Translations under genes and position numbers: made by a program
From: Armatimonadota bacterium
Lineage (GTDB): Bacteria > Armatimonadota > UBA5829 > DSUL01
Reading direction: 5' to 3'
NCBI GenBank assembly: GCA_039811685.1
Contig: JBDHZC010000001.1
Span: forward strand, 704,001-768,000
Length of the DNA: 64,000 bases
Part shown: positions 10,336 to 21,400 of the stretch, one piece after another
Layout: the number at the start of each line of letters is the position of its first letter
Numbering within the stretch: position 1 is the stretch's first letter
Notes under the pieces: model-generated
The model's input: only the letters and a program-made list of their open reading frames with translations
The model's database searches: none
Told to the model about the DNA's origin: nothing

Positions 10336-10412
10336 TTAGTTATCTATCGTTCCCTTCGCACTGCCGCTCTGATCACCGAAAGACCTTCGGCGCGCCCAGC
10401 AGCCAAACATTA

Positions 10413-13400
10413 TCAAGGTACCAACACTATCTGGCAATCCACCAGGGCACGCACCCAGTAGCCGCGCCCTGGATTCAGGTTTGCAGCACCCGCAATCAGC
10501 TCGTACTGCCGGCTTGTGCGGTTGTAAGTCCACGCGTAGCTGCGAATCCAGTTGTTGGGCGCTGCAGAGGCCTGTGCAAGGCTAAGCGTAGTGCCCTGAT
10601 AGCGCACCTGTACCCGTGACCAGTTAATTGGATTCACATAGACAGAGCTTATCTGGTTCCAGCCTGCCTTCAGGTCAACGGTGTACGACGTATCCTGCGG
10701 CCACAACCGGCCATTGGCATAGATGGTACCAGTTGTCGCAGGATTTATCCAGAATCCGGCTCCACCCTGTAGCTGAAGCGCAGAGCCACCCTCTGGCCAC
10801 ATCAGGTATTTTTCGAGGTCTGGCGCCCACTTCGCCAGCCGAAGCTGATTAGCAAACGAGCCGAATACATCGACTGGACTTGGACCGGATGGAATCAGCG
10901 TCAGCCCGAGCATATCTATCTGGTTTGCGACCACGTTGATCGGATAGCCGCCCACCGTAATACTCTGGCTTCTGGACTGTTGCGGGAAGCCGTTACCGCC
11001 AGCCCATGTCGCACTGATCGTCCAGACACCGCTCACATCTGCGACAGTCAGACTGGAAGAGAAACTCCCGTTACTCGCAGTGGTAATGTTCTTGGTTACC
11101 GTACTGCCGTCCGGCCTGCTTGCAATCAACGCTATGGCAGCCGGATTCAGGGACGCCGGACTCAGTGACCCGGAAACGCTGATGGTGTCTCCGAGGTTGG
11201 CCGAAGTGGGCGTGACGGTGATCGCAAGTGAAGCGCCACTGACGGTCGGGCCGGTATACACCGCAGTTCCGGCTGGAAGCCGCGTCGACGCAGACCCATT
11301 GGACCCCAGGAAGTAATACGTGTGACTCCCTGCGGAGAGAGTAACAGGTCCTGAGACGTATCGCATACGGCCCTGCACATCCACACCGCCCGTCCCGTAG
11401 GTGGTATCTCGCATCATAACGCGCGGCGAGGTGTCACTGTCGATGTAGACTCCGACACTGGTTGCGGGCTGAGCGCTGATATCTTTGTAGAGGACACTGT
11501 AAGTGAACTGCTGGCTGGATGGTCCTGAACCTGGACTGACTGAGCCGTTGGACAACTCAGGCGGAGTGACATTCTGCACAACCGGACCACTTTGGACTGG
11601 CGTTGAAGCAGACTGCCCACCGCCTATCGCTGTGAAGCGATAGCTGTGGTTACCCAGACCCAGGGTGCGAGACAGAGAATAGACTATTCCATCGCGCGCA
11701 TCGTTGTCGCCTGGATCCTTGGTCATGATGAAGGGCACGCCGTCGATCTCCACCCTGACCACTCCCGGATCGTTGTCAGCATCCGTATAGGTCACCGACC
11801 ATGTGAATATCGTCGTGGGCGTGCCATTCGCCGGAGTAACCCCCTGCCCCGCAAGAATGCTCAGCATCGGAGCAGAATTGACCGTGACCGATGGATCAGA
11901 AAGGCTGGACGCTGGCCAGCGAACTACAGTCAACCCCGCGCGATATCCGTCCGAGGCTTCAAAGTGGAATCGGTGTGTCCCCGATGGAAGCCCTGTCAGC
12001 CGCACGCGCATACGCGTGGGCTGCGTCCAGTCACTTACCGCACCCGTTGCAGGGACTAGCAGTCTGGACGGAAGGCTTGCGTCGTTGAACACCAGCTTCA
12101 CATAGCCGAATGCCCCGTTGTGCTCCCCTGCCGCATCCCCATCAGCATCAGAATACGTGACGTCAAACAGGAACAGATCGCTGGAGAATCCTGAGCTGGG
12201 CGTCACGACGCCGTTGCTCAGAACTGGGGGCCTGTTTCCTGAAGGCGCAGTGGCGTTGACCACGGGCCCGGTGAACTCGCTGATGAGTGGAAGCCTGACA
12301 ATTGTCGTCGTAGGAGGCGCAACCGCTGTGAAGTGGAAAGTGTGACTCCCAATCGGAACGCTTGGCGCCACGACCTGATAAGCCGTATTCACCTTGTAGT
12401 CGGTCTGAGCCGGGTTCTGCTTGGCCATCACCAGGGCTCCGACCATAACCGTATCACCGACAACAATACCCTGTGCCGAAGCGCTGTCTACAGCCAGCCA
12501 CAATGTGTCAACAGTATTGTCCATCACAACATAGACATTGCCACCTGCGACCGGGTTAGAGCCGACCAGACCAGTGTCAGGATCAGTCACCAGTCCTGTA
12601 GTCACCTGCATGAACTTGTTCGCAAGCTGGCCATCTGGGAAAGAAGCCCCGCCCACAGTGATTGTACTGCCGCTTACTGATGTCACCTTGCCGGACCAGT
12701 CAATTGAAGTAGGATTGTCAATATAGACCCGCGGATAGCCAATCTTCGGTGCGTCACCGTCAGCGTCCATATAGTCCACAGAGTACGTGACCGGAGTCCC
12801 AGGATCAATACCACCCACAGGGTTTGGACTTACGGCTCCGTTCAACAGAACAGGGTCATTGTTCACAATCGGCCCTGGAAGCGGCACGATGTTGCCGATA
12901 GTTGACAGATTGCTCCTGGACCCGTTCAGGTCAAACGCCGCAAAGCCTGTACCGTCTGAAGCCTCAAAGTAATAGAGATGCGAGCCTCCACTCAGGGTCG
13001 TTTTGTAAGTGAAGGTGACACCATTCCGATAGACAAGGTTGGACCCTGCCGGCGGCGTCATCGCAAAGGCCTGGCCGTCGATAACCACCCTCACAAACGA
13101 AGGCGCGTCTCCAGACTGTCCATCTGTATCCGTGTACACCACGGAGAAGGTAAATGGCGTCTGACTCGTGCCATCAATCTGCGAGCCAGGATTGTCTGGT
13201 GTGAACTTTCCGTTCGTCAGGCTTGGCGGGGTGTTCAGCCCAACTGCGGCCGGTCCAAGGTCGCCCCACCAGTACTCGACTTCAATCACGTCTGATGGCT
13301 GATTGACCTGAGTAAAGGTCACCTTTCCGTTGTTGAAGTCGATCCGGTAGTCACCGCGGTTGTAGTAATCCACCAGCACATCGCGAACTCCGGATGGCAG

Positions 13401-16400
13401 CGCCGTGCCAAGGGCAATAGCGCCTGTAGCAGCATTGTAATTGGACTGGCTACCAACGTTGTAGTAGTCTTTCAGCGTCGGATCCGACTGACTGGTTCTT
13501 GCGCGAACAGCAATGACCCGGTTCACAACCGCAGGGTCTACCGTTACTGTCAGTCCGGAAGGATTCACCGCAACATTGTCTGATGGAATAGTGGAGTTCA
13601 GTGTGGAGAAGAACTCTCTCACCAGCAGGTCGCCGTTTCTCTGGACTTTCGGCTCAATCAGCACGCCCGGATTTCCCGCAGCGCTTGCCGGTAATGGCCC
13701 GACCACCGGCTTATGAGCAAGCTGATATGTCTTGTTGTCGCTTGTTGAGCCGCCGCCCAGAATCTCTCCCGTGTCAGCAGAGCCTTCACCTGCCGGCTGC
13801 CGCGTCAGCGCCTGTGCGCTGGGTGAGTTAACAGGGTTGTAGCGGGTGACAAATGTTCCGTCAGAAGCCTGGAAACTATAGTAATAAATGATCGGAAGAT
13901 CGCCAGCCTTCTGCGCTCCGGCAAGCTTTGTCTGATACGTGTAGACGGCTCCGTCACTGTACACGTTGTCAGATGGATTACGCTTGACCATATCGTGCCC
14001 GCTGTCCCAGGAAATGGGATTAGAGGCATAGGTTACCCAGACATCCCGCCCTGTATTGGGCAGCGCTGTGCCAAGCGTAATTACGCCGGTATTCGCGTTG
14101 ACCGATCCGCCGGTGAAATAGTTCGTTCCCGTGCCGTCCGCATTATTCCAGACACCCGAGACACTTAGCACAGGCACAGCGCTTGTCTTCACCGTTGTTG
14201 TCGAACTCGGTGACAGACGCTCTCTCGTGCGCACATTCAGCGGATCTCCCGGGCTTCTCTGTGAACCGATGTAGACATTGATGTAGCTCGGCGCAACCTC
14301 GTTCTTCTGGGAGTAGGTGACTTCGTAAGTCCAGAGGGTATTAGGGTTCGAAGTTCCATCTGAAGAGGACACAGAACCACTCGACAAAAGCGGGCGCGCA
14401 GCTTCAGAAATGGTCGGCCCCGTCACCCACGCGGTAACGCCCGGAGTCTGAGAAGTCGGGTAGTTCACCAGCTCTCCGACAATCACGTCATTTGGATCTG
14501 TCAGGCGACCCCAGTCGTCGGTAAACTCGAATCGGAACCGCCTGTCGCCGATTGCAAAGGTCTGCGACTGCTGAGACGACAGCCTGTACTGGTACACAAC
14601 GCCCGTGTCATACGGCGGTTTGTAGTTGGCCGGAGGAGGCGTCGGATCGACTCGAGACATATCGACGCGAAGCTCTTTGCCCGGTTCCGTTTCGATGATG
14701 AGCTGCGCCTTGCTCGGACGCTGATTGTCCGGGTCCCTGTAAGTAACACTGAACACAAATTCCGTTCCCACGGGCCCGCTGGCCGGAGACACAGAAGGCG
14801 CACTGAGCACAGGAGCCGAGTTTACGTACGGTCCAGGGCAGTAGTCGTTGTTGTCGGCATTCGGCGCTTCACCGGGCACCCATGCGTCAACCCACCAGGA
14901 CGGCGACGGTTCAGGTGTTTCGCCGTCTTTGGGATTAGGTTTTTCGAGAACACGGCCATCAGGTCGAACCGGATAGCGAATCGCTCCAAATCCGGCGTCC
15001 GCTTCGAAATAGTAGGTATGCGGCCCCGCCGAAAGAGTCTTGGGACCAAAGCTGTAAATGACGCCGTTCTTGTAGTCCGCCGCCGTCGGATTGTAGCTCA
15101 CCCACAGCCCGTTCGGCAGTTTCTTTGTCGCGCTCATCTGGTAGCTGGTGTACGCGCCACTCGCATCTGAGCTGTTATTGATGAAAACGCGCACGTAGTT
15201 GGGAGCGCGACCAGCCTTGGTAACTGGATCTATCGACTGGTAGATGACGCGGAATGTAAACGCCGTAGAGGATGTTCCTCCTGCCGTCTCAATGAGCTGC
15301 GAGCCAGGCGCCCCGACGTTCTCATACTTCGCGTCTGCCGGCCCGGTAGAAGGATAGCTGAATACCGGACTTACGTAGCGTGTAAATGGCGACAGGGTGC
15401 CGAGGAAGCGCCCGGAACCGACCATCTCGGTAACGTCCACACTCTGAATCTGTGAGATCGGTATGGAGCCAGGATCTGGCGGCAATCCGGCAAGAAGTCC
15501 ATGGACAACAGGGTGAGCCGTAGCCGGGAATGTGTAACCCTGCGCACCAACCCCGGGCTGCAGACCTGTCTTGTCGACATAACTCAACTCATCAAGCAGA
15601 GTTGTGCTGGTAGGACTTTGGGGCTTGCCGGGCCGGTACACGGGTGGGTTACGCTCGAGCCAGTTCACTGAATCTGTTGGATCATCCATCCGAGGTTCTC
15701 GGATTGGCGCGTCCCAGCCCCCCGTGGCCGGTTTCGGGTGAGGGGACACTCCGAGGTCAATCACCCCGTTCTTCCAGTCAGCCATTGGATTTGTGAGCTG
15801 TCCCCCCGGAGAGAGACCACCCCAAGAATACTTTGTTAGCGAGTCGTCCGACGCTCCAAAGTAGTACTGATAAACGCCCGGAATCATGGAGACATAGTTG
15901 TTCGGGTTACTCCAGTACGGTACCCCGACTCGACCACGTCCAGGAATCTTCCAGCCCTGCATCCCGGCATTGGGCTCCACTTTGGCAATGAAAGCCCGCC
16001 ACGCATCCTTCAAATTTACGGTAGCCGGATTGGCTATGAACATACTGAACGGACGATAGTCCAGGTCTGTATCCTGCTTGTAGTACAGGATGACACCCGA
16101 AGGCTCCGACTGGAAGAAAGTTCCATAGCCATCAGCGTATGGCAACCACGGCAATGGGGGCAAATCTTCCGAATTGGTGTACTGAACGCGGAAAGAAAAC
16201 GTGTTTGAACTGTTACCGTCGTCCGGCTGCCCCTCCTTGAAGGGCACAAACTGCCGCGGATCCGCAACGGACTCAAAAGTCCGATTTTGATCTCTACGGT
16301 ATTGTTCCGCGACTAGCGGATCCCAGTCCTGTGGATCGGATCCGCCGATTGGCGAACGCATCGCCATCAGAAAATCCGCGCTTCCCCCGCCACCCCAGCG

Positions 16401-18440
16401 ACCAGCGCCACTATAGGAGTAGGCCACGTAGACAGGCTGAATTGCACTCGGGAGCTGCGTGCCCAGCGTAATCACACCAAGCGTGGTAAAAGAGCCGCCT
16501 GTGTAGTAGTTGGTGCCTGTCAAATCCGGATTGTCCCAGACTCCGAAGACATCCATCATCGAACCGAGTGGAGGAGTGACCGCGACGAACTCGCGTGTGG
16601 TCGGACCCACACGGTCAATACGGGTCGGATAGCCAAAGTGGGACCCGGCAACTGTGGCCGAGGACATATCAACAGTTTTTACGTCAGTATCAAGACGGCC
16701 AAACCGGGGCGAAGACGTATCGCTCACACGCCCAATACCCGGGTCATGCTTAATAAATCCAGCCGCCCATGTATAAGGAGAGACAGCCGGGAGCCCGCCA
16801 GGGTCGGAGGTGTACCAGATACCCGGAACACCCGCGCGCTCATTCACCAGGTTCAACCCGGCGGAACCACCCATCCCGTACCGATCCGGAGCCTGTAACC
16901 CACCCGAGAACGGCACCGAACTACTTGCCATTGTGCCCGGCGGGATAAACGGATCCATCGGCGTGTAGGGGTCCGGAGCCGTGAACTGACCACCGGGTCC
17001 TGAAAGCGCGATCGGCCCGACATAATAGATGATCTTTACACTTGTCACGGTAGGCGGGAGCGGCTTGGGGAGCACTATCTGTGCTGACTGCTCTCCGGGT
17101 CCGCCCGCGAACTCACCAGGTCCCAGTAACAAATCGTGGAAATAGTCACGCCCCTTGCTGTCAAATACGCCTGCAACGCCGATTACTGGCGAAGCCCGTA
17201 CGTAGAACGTCTGCCCGTCACCATACGGGTCAACAGGAACATTGGCTTCGACAACGCGACGCCCCGCCACATTAATGTTAACGCGCGGGTTAGTGGGGTT
17301 GAAGATCACCGGCCGATCATAGGTGTACCAGACCCATACCCCGCTACCTGCAAAATCGTCAGGGAGAGTGAACGTCAGTTCGTTAGTATCTTTGTCAAAG
17401 CTCGGTCTTGGAGCTCCGTCTGGGGGAGTAGTGAAATAGTTGGTTCCATCTCCATTGGCATTGTCAAAGATGCCCAGTATCTCAAGGACAGGGAACGTGC
17501 CAGGCGGCAAAATCTGATCAGGCCCCGGAGTCGGCGGCTCACCGGGCGTCACAATGGTGACGGAGTTGGGACCGGCGGTGGCTGGCGTATTCCAGTTCTC
17601 CATTTGTTCACCAGCACAACCAAAACCCGGGCTCTTTATTGTTCTCCAGCCCGCAGTCGGGTCTTCCGGCCCTGCCTGATCAATCAGGCGATTTGCAGGG
17701 TTCTGATCGAGAGGAAGTACGTCTCCACACGGAAATGGCTTCTCAGCCCGCGGCTTCTCAGGAGCTTTTCGAAGTGGATCGAAACTGACTCCAGCGGCAG
17801 TCAGCACCTCGTGATGGTTATCTGCGCCCACCATCGCGGCCGGCATGCGAATCTGGACTATGTTGTTCTTCTTTGTGACTACGTTGACAACGACCTGAGG
17901 CTGTGGCAGCGTGGCGGGAAGCGGAGTTCCAAGCGTAATCTCACCAGTAGCGAAATCGAATGTGCCGGGTGTTCCTGAGTCGTCGTAGAAGTAGTTCTTC
18001 TGTGTAGTGTCATCCGTCAGCCACACTCCGCCCACTGCCCAGAGCTGATCGTCTGAATCCAACGCAACAGTAACCGATCCATCACCACCGTTGGCGTCTA
18101 CAGCAGTCCATAGACCAACCCGGACTTCTTCGGGCCCGTGAAGGATGTAGTTGGCGCCGGCATAAGGCGCAAACTTGATCCCGTTAACCGAATAGTCCCA
18201 GTGAACAGACCAGTAGTATACTGAGTTGCGGGTCGCTTTCGGGGGGTCAACTTTGGGAGCGTCGAGCGTCTGGGCGCGGACAGACACAGCCTGCAAAGCC
18301 AGAACTGCTGTTGCCACACTCATCCAGGCTCGAGAGCGCACGAAGTCAGGCAGGGTTCGGCCGAACAGGCTCAACAGTCTCTGTCTGGTAAACCGATCTG
18401 TATTGAATACGCGCGTTTTCAGCAAATTCAAATGCTCCAT
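10413..18440 (-). CDS. Giant (2675 aa) secreted repeat protein with shared C-terminal GWNQI/GYWxR domain
   Basis: Long single ORF, signal peptide ending VRA-Q, T/S/G/P/V-rich, repeated beta-rich modules. Confidence 0.85.
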   Translation of the reverse strand: MEHLNLLKTRVFNTDRFTRQRLLSLFGRTLPDFVRSRAWMSVATAVLALQAVSVRAQTLDAPKVDPPKATRNSVYYWSVHWDYSVNGIKFAPYAGANYILHGPEEVRVGLWTAVDANGGDGSVTVALDSDDQLWAVGGVWLTDDTTQKNYFYDDSGTPGTFDFATGEITLGTPLPATLPQPQVVVNVVTKKNNIVQIRMPAAMVGADNHHEVLTAAGVSFDPLRKAPEKPRAEKPFPCGDVLPLDQNPANRLIDQAGPEDPTAGWRTIKSPGFGCAGEQMENWNTPATAGPNSVTIVTPGEPPTPGPDQILPPGTFPVLEILGIFDNANGDGTNYFTTPPDGAPRPSFDKDTNELTFTLPDDFAGSGVWVWYTYDRPVIFNPTNPRVNINVAGRRVVEANVPVDPYGDGQTFYVRASPVIGVAGVFDSKGRDYFHDLLLGPGEFAGGPGEQSAQIVLPKPLPPTVTSVKIIYYVGPIALSGPGGQFTAPDPYTPMDPFIPPGTMASSSVPFSGGLQAPDRYGMGGSAGLNLVNERAGVPGIWYTSDPGGLPAVSPYTWAAGFIKHDPGIGRVSDTSSPRFGRLDTDVKTVDMSSATVAGSHFGYPTRIDRVGPTTREFVAVTPPLGSMMDVFGVWDNPDLTGTNYYTGGSFTTLGVITLGTQLPSAIQPVYVAYSYSGAGRWGGGGSADFLMAMRSPIGGSDPQDWDPLVAEQYRRDQNRTFESVADPRQFVPFKEGQPDDGNSSNTFSFRVQYTNSEDLPPLPWLPYADGYGTFFQSEPSGVILYYKQDTDLDYRPFSMFIANPATVNLKDAWRAFIAKVEPNAGMQGWKIPGRGRVGVPYWSNPNNYVSMIPGVYQYYFGASDDSLTKYSWGGLSPGGQLTNPMADWKNGVIDLGVSPHPKPATGGWDAPIREPRMDDPTDSVNWLERNPPVYRPGKPQSPTSTTLLDELSYVDKTGLQPGVGAQGYTFPATAHPVVHGLLAGLPPDPGSIPISQIQSVDVTEMVGSGRFLGTLSPFTRYVSPVFSYPSTGPADAKYENVGAPGSQLIETAGGTSSTAFTFRVIYQSIDPVTKAGRAPNYVRVFINNSSDASGAYTSYQMSATKKLPNGLWVSYNPTAADYKNGVIYSFGPKTLSAGPHTYYFEADAGFGAIRYPVRPDGRVLEKPNPKDGETPEPSPSWWVDAWVPGEAPNADNNDYCPGPYVNSAPVLSAPSVSPASGPVGTEFVFSVTYRDPDNQRPSKAQLIIETEPGKELRVDMSRVDPTPPPANYKPPYDTGVVYQYRLSSQQSQTFAIGDRRFRFEFTDDWGRLTDPNDVIVGELVNYPTSQTPGVTAWVTGPTISEAARPLLSSGSVSSSDGTSNPNTLWTYEVTYSQKNEVAPSYINVYIGSQRSPGDPLNVRTRERLSPSSTTTVKTSAVPVLSVSGVWNNADGTGTNYFTGGSVNANTGVITLGTALPNTGRDVWVTYASNPISWDSGHDMVKRNPSDNVYSDGAVYTYQTKLAGAQKAGDLPIIYYYSFQASDGTFVTRYNPVNSPSAQALTRQPAGEGSADTGEILGGGSTSDNKTYQLAHKPVVGPLPASAAGNPGVLIEPKVQRNGDLLVREFFSTLNSTIPSDNVAVNPSGLTVTVDPAVVNRVIAVRARTSQSDPTLKDYYNVGSQSNYNAATGAIALGTALPSGVRDVLVDYYNRGDYRIDFNNGKVTFTQVNQPSDVIEVEYWWGDLGPAAVGLNTPPSLTNGKFTPDNPGSQIDGTSQTPFTFSVVYTDTDGQSGDAPSFVRVVIDGQAFAMTPPAGSNLVYRNGVTFTYKTTLSGGSHLYYFEASDGTGFAAFDLNGSRSNLSTIGNIVPLPGPIVNNDPVLLNGAVSPNPVGGIDPGTPVTYSVDYMDADGDAPKIGYPRVYIDNPTSIDWSGKVTSVSGSTITVGGASFPDGQLANKFMQVTTGLVTDPDTGLVGSNPVAGGNVYVVMDNTVDTLWLAVDSASAQGIVVGDTVMVGALVMAKQNPAQTDYKVNTAYQVVAPSVPIGSHTFHFTAVAPPTTTIVRLPLISEFTGPVVNATAPSGNRPPVLSNGVVTPSSGFSSDLFLFDVTYSDADGDAAGEHNGAFGYVKLVFNDASLPSRLLVPATGAVSDWTQPTRMRVRLTGLPSGTHRFHFEASDGYRAGLTVVRWPASSLSDPSVTVNSAPMLSILAGQGVTPANGTPTTIFTWSVTYTDADNDPGVVRVEIDGVPFIMTKDPGDNDARDGIVYSLSRTLGLGNHSYRFTAIGGGQSASTPVQSGPVVQNVTPPELSNGSVSPGSGPSSQQFTYSVLYKDISAQPATSVGVYIDSDTSPRVMMRDTTYGTGGVDVQGRMRYVSGPVTLSAGSHTYYFLGSNGSASTRLPAGTAVYTGPTVSGASLAITVTPTSANLGDTISVSGSLSPASLNPAAIALIASRPDGSTVTKNITTASNGSFSSSLTVADVSGVWTISATWAGGNGFPQQSRSQSITVGGYPINVVANQIDMLGLTLIPSGPSPVDVFGSFANQLRLAKWAPDLEKYLMWPEGGSALQLQGGAGFWINPATTGTIYANGRLWPQDTSYTVDLKAGWNQISSVYVNPINWSRVQVRYQGTTLSLAQASAAPNNWIRSYAWTYNRTSRQYELIAGAANLNPGRGYWVRALVDCQIVLVP

Positions 18441-18443
18441 AGA

Positions 18444-21400
18444 TTATTGGGCCCCTGTTGGCTGGATAAGAAGATCGCAGGCCACAAACGCCCTGAACCA
18501 ATAGCCTCTATAAGGGTCGAGAGTCGCCACATCGCCGCCCGGGGCCCGCACAAGGAAGTAGCTTTTGGCGCCAGGATTGTACCCCCACGCAAAATCGCGA
18601 ACCCATCCGTTTGCCGCAGCCTGCGAGAGACTGACAGTCTGGTTCTGATAACGGACTTTCGTCGCACCCCAGTTGACAGCGCGGACAAACCCCGAGCCAA
18701 TCTGATTCCACCCCGGCAGCACCGACACAACCACTGGCTGATTTTGGTCGGAAAGAGCTCCGTTTAGACCAAGCGTAACTGTCGCGTCCGGCTTGATCCA
18801 GAATCCACTCCCCGCCGCCAGAACAGGGAAGATCGCTGACTGCCCGTAGAATTGGTACGCTGCCGTGAATGGATCCCAGCGCACAATGTGTAAAGCGCGA
18901 GCCGCGTCCGCTCCAAAAATCGTGGCGGGATCTCCGGTGAGTGTAGCCACCGGGACAGAAATCATGTCAACAACTCCACCCTGTACTCGCAAGCTCGCAG
19001 ACGAAACTACGAGTGGAGGAGAAAGCGTGACTGTCGTACCGTCTCCGTTGACGTCGCGAGCCGTAACTACCCACTGCCCGACATCGTCCGCCGTAATCTC
19101 GGTTGAGTAAGCTCCCGAAGCGCCTGTAGAAACTGTGCGCGTGAAAGTGGACGAACTCGGGCGCGTGAATGTCAACAAAATCTGTGTGGCACGCGCCGGC
19201 GTCACCTGTCCAGACAGGGTAACAACATCCCCCAATGTCACCGGATTCGGACTCGCATTCACCGTCAGCCCTGTGGAGGACACAGTAGGAGAACCGCTTA
19301 CGAGGTCAGAGGAGACGAGATCGACACCATCGCTTGCCTGGAACTTGTAGTTGTGCGTCCCTGGAGACAAAGTCGTGCTGTAACGATAGACAGCGCCATC
19401 CACGTAATTGATATCCCAACTGTAAAGTTTGGTCATGGTAAAAGGCTGGCCGTCGATCAAGACTTTGACAGAGTTGAAGGCCGGGGCGTCGTTGTCCACA
19501 TCCGCGTAAGTAACGCTGTACAGAAACGTCGTGCTCGCGCCGCCTGTAGTGGGAGTCACATATCCATTCGTGAGGGTCGGCGCGGTATTTACGCGTGGGC
19601 CATCAAAGCTGCCTGTCTCACCCGGCAGGCGCGTTGTCTCGATTCCATCTGAGGCTTCCACGTAGAACGTGTGGGATCCACCGGGCAGCTTTGTCGTCGC
19701 GCTGTAGCTGACACCGTTGATCCAATCGGACCCGTGTGGCGCCAGAAGCAGCGGGGTGGCCACGCCGGATATCCAAACTCGGACAAACCCACCAGGCTTT
19801 GGCCCCACACCATCCGCATCCTTGTAAAGAACGGAATAGGTGAAGTCCGTGCTGGGACGGCCAAAGTTAGGAGTCACAATGGCGCCCGTTAGAACAGGCG
19901 GGTTGTTGACGGTCGGGCCTGAGGCTGGAGTGCCTGGCGCAGAATCCGGAATATAGACTGTCTGCCCGGCAATCTTGACCCGGATGTACCAGGAGTGCAC
20001 GCCAGGCAGCAACGTCGTCGAATAGAAATACTGAACACCACTGGTGTAGTTGGAGGCCGACGGGTTGACCTTGGCCATCGTGTATCCATTGGCCTCAGCC
20101 GAGCCATCGATAAACACTTTGACCTCTGTCGGCGCCGTGTTGTCCGGATTGGTAACAGTCACCAGATACGTGTAGGTATCCGTGGACTTTCCTGATGCCG
20201 GAGATACGGAAGCGTCACGGACTCCAGGTGACGCTACGCTGGTCGGACCTGACAGCTCAGCGGTATTGGGCGCCGGGTCAAGCCCATCGCTTGCCTCAAA
20301 GTGGTATGTGTAAACGCCTGGATCGAGCTGTACCTGGGCCCGGTAAACGACGCCGGTGCTCCAACCACTGGAGGCCGTTGGCGCAAGTTGATAGGTTGAC
20401 TGCCCGGACACTCCATTGACCACAACTCGCACATATCCGCCCGCACCTGGAGCGACGTTGCTCTGATCTGTATAAGTCACCTGATAAGTGAATTTTCCAG
20501 AAGAGGGTCCGCTGCCGGGCGTGACAGACGGGCTTGAGAGACCCGGCACGAAGTTGACCGTCGGGCCGACAAGCTTGCCGGTATCTCCCGTTGCCGCGAG
20601 AAGGCCGTCCGAAGCAGTAAACTGGTAGTAGTAGCGGCCACCGGCAGCGAAGCTGTAGCCGGTATACGAGTATTCAACTCCACCCGCTGCGGCGTAGTCG
20701 GTAAGCAGTGGATTGGTCTGCGTTAGATTCTTCGTGGCCAGAACTGTAGTCCCGTCCGTAGCATAGATAGTCAACTGGACGCTGTTAGGCGCATCTCCGT
20801 CCGGGTCATGATAGCGCACAGAATAAGTGAAATTGTTGCCCGCAAATGCCGAAGACGCCGGCGAGACAGCGCCGTTGAGCAAAACTGGAGCGCTATTTGT
20901 AGCGCGTACAACTGGCCCGTTCTGGGCAAAGGTCGGGGCCGCGGCCTCGACATCGTCGCTGGCCGTAAACCGATAAGTGTACGTTGCCGCCGCCAGGGTT
21001 GTGTCAACGTAATATACGGCGCCATCAATAAAGTTGTTGTCACCCGCATCCAGCTTCGAAAGAGCCATAGGCGCCTGATCGACTCCGTTCTTGTTCAGAA
21101 TGAGCTTGATTGACGACGGCTGAGTATTGTCAGCATCCGTGTACGTGACTTTGAACCTGAAAAGCGTCCCGGTATTACCTGAGGCAGGTGCGACACTGGG
21201 GTTTGACAGGACAGGCTGGCTGTTGACAACGATGGCCGGATCGTTCTCCGGATTGCTCGGGAAGCGAGTGGTTCGATAGCCGTCAGAAGCTTCAAAATGA
21301 TACCTGTACGTCCCGGAGCTTAGCGTTCCCGCATCAAAGTGAAACCCCTGGAAAACGCTGCTGTTAATTGTTCTCCAGAGACCCGCCGGCCACGAGCCAT

